A stretch of 64,000 nucleotides of DNA from Candidatus Bathyarchaeia archaeon (GCA_050010755.1 JBEKKK010000004.1:64001-128000); one strand, 5' to 3'; counted from the stretch's first letter, positions 31,238 through 41,818 are shown. Notes: a model not told the origin generated them from the letters alone. Program-made: numbers and translations.

Positions 31238-31336
31238 TGGCGGGCCCGCCGGGAATTGAACCCGGGACCCCCGGATTTCCATGCTTAGCACAGAGCTTAA
31301 AAGTCCGGTGCTCTGTCCTTACTGAGCTACGGGCCC
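31238..31336 (-). tRNA. tRNA-Lys(TTT) with a 21-nt intron near 37/38 (31297-31277), encoded CCA
   Basis: GGGCCCG/CGGGCCC acceptor; CCGGA-CTTTTA|intron|A-TCCGG; T-loop GGTTCAATTCC. Confidence 0.92.
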
Positions 31337-31699
31337 TTTTTCGCTGGGTTAGGTCTAGAGTTGAGGATAAGGTGTTTTTTAGTGTTTCTATCGATTGATC
31401 TGAAATCAAGTCTTGGCTGGAATTGAGCCTTAAAGGAATAATGACTGAACTCTTGAATTTCATTTTCAGGGTGGCGTATATTCTCTCGGCCATTCTTGCA
31501 AAGTGGCATACGCAATGGAAAGTTTTCAATTATTTGCTGGAGATTTTGCATTTTTTAACGCATTGAAATGTGATTGAAGGTTTCGGTTTTTAAAGGTCAG
31601 TCTCCTGTGGAGTTGAAGAAACTGCAGAAACTAACAGTCGGAGATATACCTGCATGTTAACAAAGATTATCTGCTTCTTTCAGGGTAACCAGTTGCTCG

Positions 31700-32299
31700 G
31701 TGCAAAAATTGATATCATGGAAACACTCATTCAGCAGGTTGAACGAAGAATACGAGCTAGCGAACAAAAAGAAACAAGCTTTGAGCAGTTTACTGGAAAC
31801 CGGCAAGATTTCAGAGACAACGCATAGCCTTTTCGCACGTGAGATAGACGAAGCCGTTGCAGAAATTGACTGCCAACGCAAAGCTTTGCTGGGAAAAATG
31901 TCCTCTAAGGCAATGGAACTCCAAGAACAGATTAGGACGTTGGAAATTCTTCTCGCAAACCTCGAGATTCAACACGTGACCGACGAAGTGGACGACGAAA
32001 CATACCGCCGCGAGACCGAACTCCTAGGCACGGGACTTGAGACAGCAAAGAAGGAATTGGATGATGTCCAATACGCGGTTAACCAGCTTTCTAACGATGA
32101 AGTGAGTATGGAGCAAGACGCTGAACCGCCACAAATCCAAGCCCCGGAACCAGAGGTGCAGTTTTCGGAAGAAGCTCCAAAAACGACGGAAAATGAACAG
32201 ACTGAACCTGTGCAGGCCGTGGTGGAGACAATCCAGTGCAAAGAAGAACCACAACATCCTGAGACAGAAGCCAAAGCAGAAGAGAACCAGCAAGCTTAA
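31700..32299 (+). CDS. CdvA-like coiled-coil protein with acidic tail
   Basis: KKKQALSSLL...GKIS and LANLEIQHVTDEVD align with RKDQALKDL...KKKIP and LVNLEIEHEIGKVD in 62864..63595. Confidence 0.75.
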   Translation: MQKLISWKHSFSRLNEEYELANKKKQALSSLLETGKISETTHSLFAREIDEAVAEIDCQRKALLGKMSSKAMELQEQIRTLEILLANLEIQHVTDEVDDETYRRETELLGTGLETAKKELDDVQYAVNQLSNDEVSMEQDAEPPQIQAPEPEVQFSEEAPKTTENEQTEPVQAVVETIQCKEEPQHPETEAKAEENQQA

Positions 32300-32407
32300 C
32301 TGTCAACAAAAGCCTCTCCCCTCTTTTTTCCTTCTCTCAGCAGAAAAAGTTCTTTGCATACGGTTTTATATCCCGCGAAATTCACCTCGGTTTGAGCGCG
32401 GAGCCGT

Positions 32408-33505
32408 TTGATCCAGAAGACAGTGATAAGCTTCAACGAAAAGCTCACCCAGTACGACTTGGGCGAAGGCCACCCTTTCAGAGGCGACCGCTTCATCAAC
32501 GCCATGAAATTCTTCGAAAACCAAGGCCTGTTCCGAATGCCTGAGGTTACCCTAATCCAGCCCGAACCCGCAACAAAAAAGGACTTGCTGAGAGTTCACG
32601 ACCGTGACTACGTAAATCTTATCTTCAACTTGGCCAAGGAAAGCAGGCGATACGACATCGAGACTCCGGTATCTCCGACGATTCTTGAAGGTGCACTGCT
32701 CATCTCTGGTAGCGCGGTGTTATGCGGCAAGACGATTCTTGAAAACGGAGCAAAGCTAGCCGTCTCTCTGGGCGGCGGCCATCACCATGCGGGAAGAAAC
32801 TACGGCGGCGGGTTCTGTCTCTTCAACGATGTCGCCGTCTTAGTTGAATATTTGAGGGCCAAACACGGCATTGAACGGTTTCTGATATTGGATCACGATG
32901 TCCACTTTGGAAACGGCACGAGCGACATCTACTATCGAGATCCCACGGTGCTCTACATCTCTCTGCACCAAGACCCATGCACGCTTTATCCGGGAACGGG
33001 ATTCGTATGGCAAATCGGACAAGACGCAGGAGAGGGCTATAACGTGAACGTCCCCTTGCCGCCGGGCACAGGCGACGACACGTACCTCTATGCCTTGAAT
33101 GAAGTCTTCGTTCCCATGGCGGAGGAGTTTAAACCTCAAATCATCATCGCGAACGGTGGAAGCGATCCCCATTTCGAAGACAGTCTGGGGAGCTTGGCCC
33201 TAACTGCCAAGGGCTTCTTTGAATTGGCCCGAATCGTCAGGAACACAGCTGACAGAGTTTGCGATGGAAAACTGGTGCTAATGCCAGGAAGCGGGTACAA
33301 CCCGGAAATCCTGCCACTCTGCTGGTACGCGCTTGTCGCGGGAGCAGCCTGCCTTGTCAAAATAGATGTTAAAGAGAATCATCCAGCGCCCGTGGAACCT
33401 TTTCATTGTCGCGGAACAGTTGAAAAAACGATTGATGAGTTGAAGAGACTGTTGAGGAAAAACTGGGCATGCTTCGGCGGCTTCACAATATCCGGCGTCC
33501 AGTAG
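32408..33505 (+). CDS. Histone deacetylase-family (AcuC-like) protein
   Basis: GGHHHA, GGFCLFND, DHDVHFGNG, GSDPH, GSGY. Confidence 0.93.
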   Translation: MIQKTVISFNEKLTQYDLGEGHPFRGDRFINAMKFFENQGLFRMPEVTLIQPEPATKKDLLRVHDRDYVNLIFNLAKESRRYDIETPVSPTILEGALLISGSAVLCGKTILENGAKLAVSLGGGHHHAGRNYGGGFCLFNDVAVLVEYLRAKHGIERFLILDHDVHFGNGTSDIYYRDPTVLYISLHQDPCTLYPGTGFVWQIGQDAGEGYNVNVPLPPGTGDDTYLYALNEVFVPMAEEFKPQIIIANGGSDPHFEDSLGSLALTAKGFFELARIVRNTADRVCDGKLVLMPGSGYNPEILPLCWYALVAGAACLVKIDVKENHPAPVEPFHCRGTVEKTIDELKRLLRKNWACFGGFTISGVQ

Positions 33506-33616
33506 CGCCGCAAAATCACAGGGGCAAGCATAAATCCTTTCAGAGAGCGCGTCCCAATCGCTACAGTAACCGCTATTAATGGATTATTCATAGAATAGCA
33601 TCGAGAATGATTCCCC

Positions 33617-34756
33617 ATGGATAGCGTGGAAAAGATACGTGAGCAGTTTCCAGTGACCAGGAAGAAAGTCTTCTTGAACCATGCCGCGGAGTCTCCGTTT
33701 CCGAAACCTGTGGCTGAAGCCGTTAAGAAATACGCGACCGAGTTCTCAAGCACTGGCAGAACCTCGATTGACTGTGAAGATAGCGGTAAACTCTGCTTCG
33801 GGAGACTAGTAGGAGCGAAACCTGGAGAAATAGCCCTGGTCGAGAACACGTCCGTGGGGCTTAACATAGCTGCAAACGTCCTTGACTACCCGCATGGCTC
33901 AAAAGTCGTCACTACGGATCTCGAATATCCCTCGGTGGTCTATCCTTGGCTACGCAAAAGCCTAGGCGTCAAAGTCCAGTACGTGAAGAATGTTGGCGGA
34001 AGAATACTTTTGGACGACATGGAGAAAGCTGTGGATGATAAGACCGTGGCCGTCGCAATAAGCCACGTTGAATACTCAAACGGCTTCCGCAATGACCTGA
34101 GGGTTTTGAGCGAAATAGTCCATGAGCACGGAGCCTACCTCATCGTTGACGCGATACAATCAGTGGGCACGATGCATCTGGACGTTAAACGCGACGACGT
34201 TGATTTCTTGATGGCCGCCTGCTACAAGTGGCTACTGAGTCCTCACGGCGCCGCATACCTCTACGTAAAGGACGAGCTGATAGAAAAGTTTGAGCCACCA
34301 TTCGTCGGCTGGGCAAGCGTCAAACAAGAAACGTTCGACACCGCTGATTTCTACGACATCTGGAAACTGAACCTCTCGAAAACCGCGAGCCGCTTCGAAG
34401 TCGGCACACCCTGCACGATAAGCTTCGTAGGCGCAAGAGAAGCAATGAAAATGCTGCTCAACTACGGAATCGACAACGTTCGAAAGAGAATCGTGAAACT
34501 GACGGATCGACTAATAGAAGCTGCAAAAGATTTGGGGCTCAAGCTTCAAACCCCTGAAGAAAAGCAGTCCCGCTCCGGCATAGTTAACTTCAAGATTGAT
34601 AAACCTCAGAAACTCGTTGAAAAACTGGCCAGGAAGGGAATAGTTGTGTCCGCCCGAGCAAACGGAATACGGGTCTCACCGCACTTCTACAACACCGAAG
34701 AAGAAATCGACTCGCTGATGAAAGAAACCGGACGATGGTTAACCTCCAATGGCTAG
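33617..34756 (+). CDS. Class V PLP-dependent enzyme (cysteine desulfurase-like fold)
   Basis: FLNHAA, VDAIQ, YKWLLSP, RFEVGT, RVSPHFYN. Confidence 0.9.
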   Translation: MDSVEKIREQFPVTRKKVFLNHAAESPFPKPVAEAVKKYATEFSSTGRTSIDCEDSGKLCFGRLVGAKPGEIALVENTSVGLNIAANVLDYPHGSKVVTTDLEYPSVVYPWLRKSLGVKVQYVKNVGGRILLDDMEKAVDDKTVAVAISHVEYSNGFRNDLRVLSEIVHEHGAYLIVDAIQSVGTMHLDVKRDDVDFLMAACYKWLLSPHGAAYLYVKDELIEKFEPPFVGWASVKQETFDTADFYDIWKLNLSKTASRFEVGTPCTISFVGAREAMKMLLNYGIDNVRKRIVKLTDRLIEAAKDLGLKLQTPEEKQSRSGIVNFKIDKPQKLVEKLARKGIVVSARANGIRVSPHFYNTEEEIDSLMKETGRWLTSNG

Positions 34757-35540
34757 TATCGAAGAAATCAACGAGACAAACAAACCGCCATTCATAGAAT
34801 CTCTCAAGCCAGACTTTATCAGACACGTCTTCGCCATCTACGACCTGCAAAAAGATCCGCAACACACGACGGCTTATGCTGCTTTTGAGAACGGTAAGCT
34901 TGAAGGCTACATCCTACTCTACACGGCTGCAGACGTTCCAAGCGTGGTTCTAGAAGGCGAAAACGACGTGGCAGAGAAACTGCTTGAACACGCTCCGCAC
35001 GGCAAGTTCATCATTCACGCACCACCAAACCTGCTTCCAGCAATAAAGAAGCGGTTCCCAGATGCAAATCACTATTTCGAAGATTGGATGCTAGTCAGGA
35101 AGAACGAAGCCAGGTTTTTCGAGTCAGGACTGGTGAGACGGCTCCGCACCGAAGAAGACGCTGCGAAACTGGCTGATCTTCTTCTCAGCCGAGCAGATCG
35201 CCCTCCGAACTCGAGAACGAAATATGCGGAATGGATAAGCAGGACGCCCCTCTACGGCGTCTTCAAAGAAGACCGACTCGTTTCCTATGCAGGGTCATTC
35301 ATTCAACTCCCGCAAGTTTGGCTCATTGGAGGGGTCTACACCGATCCGGAACACAGAAACAACGGTTATGCAACCTTAGCAACGTCCGCCATTACCAAGG
35401 AAGCATTGGAGACGGCTGAAGCGGCAGCTCTTTTTGCAAGGGCAGACAATCAACCGGCAATAAGAGCTTACGGAAAAATTGGTTACAGAAAGATAGGGGA
35501 AAAAGTCTGGACGGATGTTGGAACTGGCCTGAGGCCCTAG
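34749..35540 (+). CDS. GNAT acetyltransferase
   Basis: VYTDPEHRNNGYAT, NQPAIRAYGKIGY. Confidence 0.9.
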   Translation: MASIEEINETNKPPFIESLKPDFIRHVFAIYDLQKDPQHTTAYAAFENGKLEGYILLYTAADVPSVVLEGENDVAEKLLEHAPHGKFIIHAPPNLLPAIKKRFPDANHYFEDWMLVRKNEARFFESGLVRRLRTEEDAAKLADLLLSRADRPPNSRTKYAEWISRTPLYGVFKEDRLVSYAGSFIQLPQVWLIGGVYTDPEHRNNGYATLATSAITKEALETAEAAALFARADNQPAIRAYGKIGYRKIGEKVWTDVGTGLRP

Positions 35541-36277
35541 GCGCGCTTCTCGAGAAGATCTTTTAGCAGTTTTATCGCCGACCACGCGGCAAGCGCGCTC
35601 GTTTTGGGATTCTCAGGATGTGGATCGTTCTCAAACTTTAGATGCATGTCGCCGTGCACCCATTTGACCATTATCTCATGCGTGTTTCTTCTGGTCTTAG
35701 GGTCTGAAATCAACTTGACCATCAGTCTGTCACGCGGAACTGTCAGTGCCAGAGTGGCCGCAACGTTCATCTCTCGCGGAAAACGGTGAACCGCCTCTTG
35801 CGCATTTCCCTCGTACACCAGTTTCTCTTGCTCGTTGTCCATGTCCAAGGTCTTGGGGTGTTTTCTAGTGGTCAAGACAACCTGTTCGACTCCGGCAAGT
35901 GCAGCGCTCGAAATAGCGTCTAACCCTCCGATGGCTCCCGAAGGCGTGTGAATCCTGTCACTCTTCAAGTTGTAATCCAGAAGGGCGCCTACACTCATGA
36001 CTATCAGTTCGATGTTGTTGTCGACGATTGGGCCTATGTATTCTCGGGCAGCTTCTTGCGATGCAGCTTCAACGATGACTGCAGGATGCGATCTGAGCAT
36101 TTCGTCGAGGTTCGGCACGACTCTGGTCGCAACGTTCAATGATTGTTGGAGGCGTTCCGCCTTTTCCAAGTCATGGTCGAAAAGAATCAACTCGTCAACG
36201 TCGACGATTCCTTTTTCAGCCGCCTCAGCGATTAATGAGCCGATTGCGCCGCAACCGATTATTCCGACTCTTTTCAA
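35537..36277 (-). CDS. nadX: L-aspartate dehydrogenase
   Basis: IGCGAIG, SVGAL, PSGAIGGLD, NVAA, NPKTS. Confidence 0.9.
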   Translation of the reverse strand: MKRVGIIGCGAIGSLIAEAAEKGIVDVDELILFDHDLEKAERLQQSLNVATRVVPNLDEMLRSHPAVIVEAASQEAAREYIGPIVDNNIELIVMSVGALLDYNLKSDRIHTPSGAIGGLDAISSAALAGVEQVVLTTRKHPKTLDMDNEQEKLVYEGNAQEAVHRFPREMNVAATLALTVPRDRLMVKLISDPKTRRNTHEIMVKWVHGDMHLKFENDPHPENPKTSALAAWSAIKLLKDLLEKRA

Positions 36278-36295
36278 CTTGGACCAGCTTCTCAG

Positions 36296-38761
36296 TTACT
36301 GTGAGTATTCTGCATTGAAATGGATGTCGTAGGGTTTGACTTCTCGTCCCTCGCCTTTGTCAGGCAACACTGAAATGTCAACGGCTTTGCAGGCTCCAGC
36401 TATGTCGTCTTGGCCCAGTGTTATCATTTCTGCAACGGTTTTTTCGCCGGCATGGATTGTCAATCTTGTAATCTTTGAGTTGAGTGGCAAGTGCTTTTCG
36501 GCTTTTTCTCTTCGGACTTCTCCTATTATTGCTACGACAATATCTCCCTGCTTTTCAGCTTCTTCATCAATGAGTTTTTCATCGGTTGTCGGCCAGTGTG
36601 AAACATGTATGCTTTGGAAGTTCTTCGGGTCGGCATACAGGGTCTGGAATATCTCCTCAGTAATATGGGGTATTATGGGTGCAAGTAGTTTCAGAGCCTT
36701 TTCGAGAACAACATAAAGCGTGTACTGGGCGGCCCTCTTCTTTTCTTGCCCGTAGGCTTCGGGGTTGTACAGTCTGTCTTTCACGGCTTCCAAGTAGCAG
36801 TCGCAGAATGTGTGCCAGGTGAAATTGCGAATCTCCTCCAAGGCAATGTTGAACTGACACTTCTCGAGCGCATCCGTGACTTTCCCTGTTAATTTCTCAC
36901 ACTTGCTCAAAACCCATTTGTCCAACGGTTGCAGAACTGGGAATCCATTGTCACCAGGAGTGTAGTCTTTGAGCAGCTTGCTCACAAAGCCCGCAGCGTT
37001 CCATAGCTTAATCAGAAAACGCCAGCCATAATCCACGTCGGGCCATCGGAACGGTATGTCTGAACCCGTGGTTCCGCCGCCAGCAGCCCATTGCCTAGCG
37101 GCATCAGCTCCGCGTTTGTCCAATACTTCGGGGGTGGCAACGTAGTTCTTCAGTGATTTGCTCATTTTTCTGCCATCCGCGCCCAAGACCATGCCGTTGA
37201 TCAGACAGCTCTTATACGGAGCCTCGTCGAACAACGCCAAGTGTCTGACCATCAAGTAATATGCCCAAGTGCGTATGATGTCAATGCCAGATGGATGCAC
37301 ATCCGCTGGGAACAGTCTTTTCCAATCTCTTCTATCTGGCCAACCCGCGTGGACAGCGCATGATATCGATGAATCCATCCACGTGTCAAAAACGTCAAAC
37401 TCCGGAACAAATTCTGACGAACCGCACTTTGGACACTGCTTTATTCTTGGCTTTTCCGTCTTCGGATCGATTGGAACCCAATCCTGTTCAGCCAGAATCG
37501 TTTCATCGCACTTCTTGCAGTACCATATGGGTATCGGCGTGCCGAAAACTCTTTGTCTACTGATAACCCAGTCCCAGTCCAAGGAACGAGCCCAGTCAAT
37601 CAGACGAACTTTCATGTAGTCAGGATACCACAACACCTTGTTAGCCGCGTTCTCCACTTTGTCCGTTAGTATGCGCGTTTTCATGAACCATTGCGGAAGC
37701 TCGAGGATCTCCACTGGCGAATCACATCTATCACACAGGCCTATTTCCTGTTTGATGCTCAACGTCTTTTCTAATAGGCCGTCTTCCGCGAGATCGGCAA
37801 CGATAGCCCTCCTCGCCTCAATGGAGGTCAGACCAGCATATTTTCCGCCGTTCTTGTTTATCTTTCCGTCTCCAGTTAGGATGATGGTGACTGGGAGTTT
37901 GTGGCGAATCACCGTTTTGACATCGGCCTTGTCCCCGTAGGTGCATATCATGACAGCACCCGTGCCGAATGAGGGGTCAACCGTCTCGTCAAAAACTACG
38001 GGCACCGTACGCTGCGTTTCTGGAACCTTCAGCTTCTTATCTTTGTACTTTGAGAATCTCGCGTCTTCAGGATGAACTGCAACTGCTACGCATGCCGGTA
38101 ACAATTCGGGACGCGTTGTTGCTATTGGAACGTATTCGTCGCTGCCCTCGACCGAAAATTTTAGGAAGTGTAAGGTGCCGTTTCGCTGCTCGTAATTCAC
38201 TTCGGCGTCAGCGATGGCAGTCTCGCAACGCGGGCACCAGTTAACTGGATGTGTACCTTTATACATGAAACCTTTCTTGTACAAGAGTATAAAGCTGAGC
38301 TGCGTTCTTCTCCAATAGTCTGGATCCATCGTCCGATATTCTAATGACCAGTCATTGCTGCACCCGAGCCTCATAATGCCCTCTTTCATTATCGCAATAT
38401 ACTTATTGACAAGTTTTTCACAGAGTTGTCGAAACTTGTCTGGGGACACCTCCCTTTTCTTAATCCCATTCTCTTTTTCAGCTTGAACTTCGATGCCCAA
38501 TCCATGACAATCCCAACCCTGAGGAAAATGAACGTTGAAACCATTCATCCGCTTAAACCGTGCTAAAATGTCAAAATAGGTCCAGTTCAAAAGATTTCCC
38601 ATATGAAGATCGCCCGACGGATAAGGAGGCGGTGTGTCAACACTAAAACTGGGCCTTGCTCTGTCCTTCCAATCAAAGCGATAGATCCCCACTTCTTCCC
38701 ATTTGCCCTGCCATTTCTTCTCTATCGCCAAAATGTCGAGTTCCCTTGGCAGCTCTCTCAT
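36296..38761 (-). CDS. valS: Valyl-tRNA synthetase (archaeal type)
   Basis: DTPPPYPSG, HMGN, DWVISRQR, DTWMDSS, KMSKS. Confidence 0.95.
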   Translation of the reverse strand: MRELPRELDILAIEKKWQGKWEEVGIYRFDWKDRARPSFSVDTPPPYPSGDLHMGNLLNWTYFDILARFKRMNGFNVHFPQGWDCHGLGIEVQAEKENGIKKREVSPDKFRQLCEKLVNKYIAIMKEGIMRLGCSNDWSLEYRTMDPDYWRRTQLSFILLYKKGFMYKGTHPVNWCPRCETAIADAEVNYEQRNGTLHFLKFSVEGSDEYVPIATTRPELLPACVAVAVHPEDARFSKYKDKKLKVPETQRTVPVVFDETVDPSFGTGAVMICTYGDKADVKTVIRHKLPVTIILTGDGKINKNGGKYAGLTSIEARRAIVADLAEDGLLEKTLSIKQEIGLCDRCDSPVEILELPQWFMKTRILTDKVENAANKVLWYPDYMKVRLIDWARSLDWDWVISRQRVFGTPIPIWYCKKCDETILAEQDWVPIDPKTEKPRIKQCPKCGSSEFVPEFDVFDTWMDSSISCAVHAGWPDRRDWKRLFPADVHPSGIDIIRTWAYYLMVRHLALFDEAPYKSCLINGMVLGADGRKMSKSLKNYVATPEVLDKRGADAARQWAAGGGTTGSDIPFRWPDVDYGWRFLIKLWNAAGFVSKLLKDYTPGDNGFPVLQPLDKWVLSKCEKLTGKVTDALEKCQFNIALEEIRNFTWHTFCDCYLEAVKDRLYNPEAYGQEKKRAAQYTLYVVLEKALKLLAPIIPHITEEIFQTLYADPKNFQSIHVSHWPTTDEKLIDEEAEKQGDIVVAIIGEVRREKAEKHLPLNSKITRLTIHAGEKTVAEMITLGQDDIAGACKAVDISVLPDKGEGREVKPYDIHFNAEYSQ

Positions 38762-38974
38762 ATTCTAAGACGACATCCCTTTGTGATTTTCAAGCATTGT
38801 CTAGGAAAAGTAATTGTACCAATAAAAAAGCCTTCTGGACGCCATTTCATTGCCGGGCGAAACAGGATGAAGAAGACTTCCAGTTTTTCTCCTCAAGCTT
38901 TCAAAAGTCAGTTAATTTCAAAAAAGAAAAAGGGGATTTTTGGGGATATGGGTTTGGCTGAGATTCTTGCGAGG

Positions 38975-41818
38975 CTAAAGTCCGAAGTTTCTTTCCACCA
39001 AAGTTAGGTCCAGCATGGTGACTGTGCCGTCCGGCACTAGGTACACTGGGCCGGTGATATCGCAGGTGGGGTTCCAGTTGCTTGAGGTTGAGTTGGAGCC
39101 TAAAGCCCTTGCTACGAGTGCTTGGTCTTTAAGGTTGACTGTGCCGTCGCCGTTTATGTCGCCCACGTACCTTATTGTGAGGTGGCTTACAAGTACGTTG
39201 TTTGCGGTGTTGGCTTCTCCGGGTACAATCGTTGCTTGTGCTGTAACTGTGCAGTTGGCGTTGGGCGTGAAACTTGCCGTGTTCAGCGAGAACGTTTCGT
39301 TGATCGTTGCTCCTGGGGCTAAATTGACGATGTAGAAGGTGTAGGTTGTGATGCTGCCGGTGTCGTTGGCCGTTACTGTCACGTTAAAGGATTCCGTCAC
39401 AGCTCCAAGGTTCGCAGCTACCACGGTGACGTTAGTAGGTTCTCCCTGATAAGCCCATGGGCTGGGAACTTGATGAACTGCTACGGAAGCTGGATAGCCT
39501 GGGAACGAATAGAAAATGTTCGCGATTGCGACGTCGATGAGAGCCCCAATTTGGACTTGTCCACCTGTGAGATAGTTGTTTGTAAGGTTGTATTCGAACG
39601 GAACGTAAGAAGCAAAAGCTGACATTACATACGTGCCCACAGCAAGGCCAGTCGTGTTCCAAACGAACGTCAGGACGGTGTTCGCGCCCGATGCAAGGTT
39701 CACGACTGGAAGATTTCCTATGATAGTGCTGTTGTAGTAGGCCGTTACGTTGAAGTAGGGTTCGGTCAGGTTTCCGAGGTTTGCGGCAGTTACCATTACG
39801 TTGACGAGTGTTCCCTGTACGGTAGAAGAAGTCGAGGGAACAACGCTTGTTATCGCCACATCATGTATTACAGGATATATCGCCACTTGACCGTCCGAAA
39901 GATAGTTGTTTGCGGTGTTGTACTCGCCTGGAAGAATTGTAGCAAAAGCAGATATCGTGTAGTTGCCAACAGGAACGCTGGTCGTGTTCCAAACGAACGC
40001 CAGAACAGTGTTCGCGTTAGATACGAGCCCCGTAACCGGAAGAGTGCCGATGGTGCTATTGTTGTAGTATGCCGTCACGCTGAAGCTTTCTGTCAGGTTT
40101 CCCAAGTTCGCAGCTGTCACGTTAATGTACTCGTTGAGTCCTTGGAACACCCAGCTCGGTGAAACGACGATGTTTGTAACCGCTACGTCAGTTATTATCG
40201 GATACACCGTCACCACACCGTCTATGAAGACGTTGTTGGCCGTGTTGAAGTATATCTCGTACGGCACAATAGAGGCAACGCCGCTCATAGTGTAGTTTCC
40301 AATTGGCACTCCTGTGGTGTCCCATGAAAACGTCAAAGTGCTGCTTGCGCCCGGAGCCAAGTTTGTAACCGTGCTGGTTCCTATGGCTGTGCTGTTGTAG
40401 TACGCGGTCACGTTAAAGGTTTGACTGATGCCCCCTAGGTTTGCGACTGTCACGTTTATGTTTTCAACATATCCTTGGAACACCCAGCTCGTGAATGGTA
40501 CAACATTTGTCACTGCTACGTCTATTACGATGTTGATGAACAGTCCGTTGAACACGTTGTGATCAACAGGATTGCCCAAAGAGTCCAGAAGTTGTGTATT
40601 CGTCAGGTTTATTTGCGATATTCCATAGGAAACGACGAAAAAGCGGATTGTAACCAGAGGCTGCGCCCCAGTGGTGCTGAAGGCTGTTGGATAGGTGAGA
40701 TTGAGCCAAATGGAACCTGACGGATAAATCTCTGCGCTTGCAGTCGGAAGCTCGCCTTGAACTTGAAACAGTTCGATTCCTGCCCATCTTAAGATTGAAG
40801 AGTCATACGTCATGTTAAACCCGCATGATGCGATGTTTGAAGCGTTGGCCAGTGTCACGTTGATGTAGAACATGGATGACGGAACCAATGTTAGGTCCAC
40901 GATGTGCGATGGGTCAACGTACATTGAGGTTCCCGCAAGTGGTGGCATAACCGTTATCACGATGAGGTTTGACTCTGCATTCGCTCCAATATTGTCTGTG
41001 ACATTAAGGTACACACCATACATACCGCTCGCTGCCGGTGTGAAACTCCATGTGCCGAACGTCGCGCCTGACACGGCACTTCCGTTCTGGTACCATTGAA
41101 GCGTGTATGGTGGTGATCCTCCGCTGACCGTGGCGTTAAACTGTACCGATTGGCCGAGGTAAATTGAGGTTGTTGGATACGCAGCTATGGCAACCGACAG
41201 CCCTGTCGGCTGTGGCCCTACGAAACTGTATGCACAGTTGCCTAAGTTGAATCCTGATTCCGCGATGCCAAGTGTATCAAAACCGTAGGAAAAGCCCGGG
41301 TCAAATTGGATAAGGCTAGAGAGCGTAATCCCTGCTCCAGGGGCTCGGGTAATGTTGAATTCTATGATGAACAGACTGCCAAGATTGCTCGTTGCGAGAT
41401 ACGGGTAAAAAGCTGATTCGCCGAAACCACTAGGCTCGCCTATGGTGCCGGCCGTGTTGTTCCAGCTTGGTGGCTCTGAAAGAATGCTCGTCGTGGGAAT
41501 ACCCGAAGTTTGCAGCCACTGGCTTTCTGTTCCTCCTGAGCCACTGAACGTTCCCATCACCACCTGAAGTTGTGATGGGTCGAAAGTCAGCGCAGCGCTC
41601 CAGCCAGAGCTAGTTTCCGTTGTGTTAATCCATCCAGTCACGTTGAACAGTGTCCCGACAGAGGCAGTGCTGATGTTGAAGGCCTCGGTGTCAGGTTGAA
41701 GCCACATTGCAGGTGCTGGCGGTTGAGCCTTCACCGTTAACACGGATATCCGAAGAACGCCTAAAAGCATAGTCATTACAAGAACCGTTGCAAGAAGTCT
41801 ACTCACTTTATGATTCAT
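38975..41818 (-). CDS. Secreted scaffold-like protein: cohesin-like, PKD-like, cohesin-like, CARDB repeats, dockerin
   Basis: Signal peptide; repeated DVAVTNV...ANLG...FNVTAYYNST...WNTT units; GDINGDGTVNLKD. Confidence 0.82.
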   Translation of the reverse strand: MNHKVSRLLATVLVMTMLLGVLRISVLTVKAQPPAPAMWLQPDTEAFNISTASVGTLFNVTGWINTTETSSGWSAALTFDPSQLQVVMGTFSGSGGTESQWLQTSGIPTTSILSEPPSWNNTAGTIGEPSGFGESAFYPYLATSNLGSLFIIEFNITRAPGAGITLSSLIQFDPGFSYGFDTLGIAESGFNLGNCAYSFVGPQPTGLSVAIAAYPTTSIYLGQSVQFNATVSGGSPPYTLQWYQNGSAVSGATFGTWSFTPAASGMYGVYLNVTDNIGANAESNLIVITVMPPLAGTSMYVDPSHIVDLTLVPSSMFYINVTLANASNIASCGFNMTYDSSILRWAGIELFQVQGELPTASAEIYPSGSIWLNLTYPTAFSTTGAQPLVTIRFFVVSYGISQINLTNTQLLDSLGNPVDHNVFNGLFINIVIDVAVTNVVPFTSWVFQGYVENINVTVANLGGISQTFNVTAYYNSTAIGTSTVTNLAPGASSTLTFSWDTTGVPIGNYTMSGVASIVPYEIYFNTANNVFIDGVVTVYPIITDVAVTNIVVSPSWVFQGLNEYINVTAANLGNLTESFSVTAYYNNSTIGTLPVTGLVSNANTVLAFVWNTTSVPVGNYTISAFATILPGEYNTANNYLSDGQVAIYPVIHDVAITSVVPSTSSTVQGTLVNVMVTAANLGNLTEPYFNVTAYYNSTIIGNLPVVNLASGANTVLTFVWNTTGLAVGTYVMSAFASYVPFEYNLTNNYLTGGQVQIGALIDVAIANIFYSFPGYPASVAVHQVPSPWAYQGEPTNVTVVAANLGAVTESFNVTVTANDTGSITTYTFYIVNLAPGATINETFSLNTASFTPNANCTVTAQATIVPGEANTANNVLVSHLTIRYVGDINGDGTVNLKDQALVARALGSNSTSSNWNPTCDITGPVYLVPDGTVTMLDLTLVERNFGL

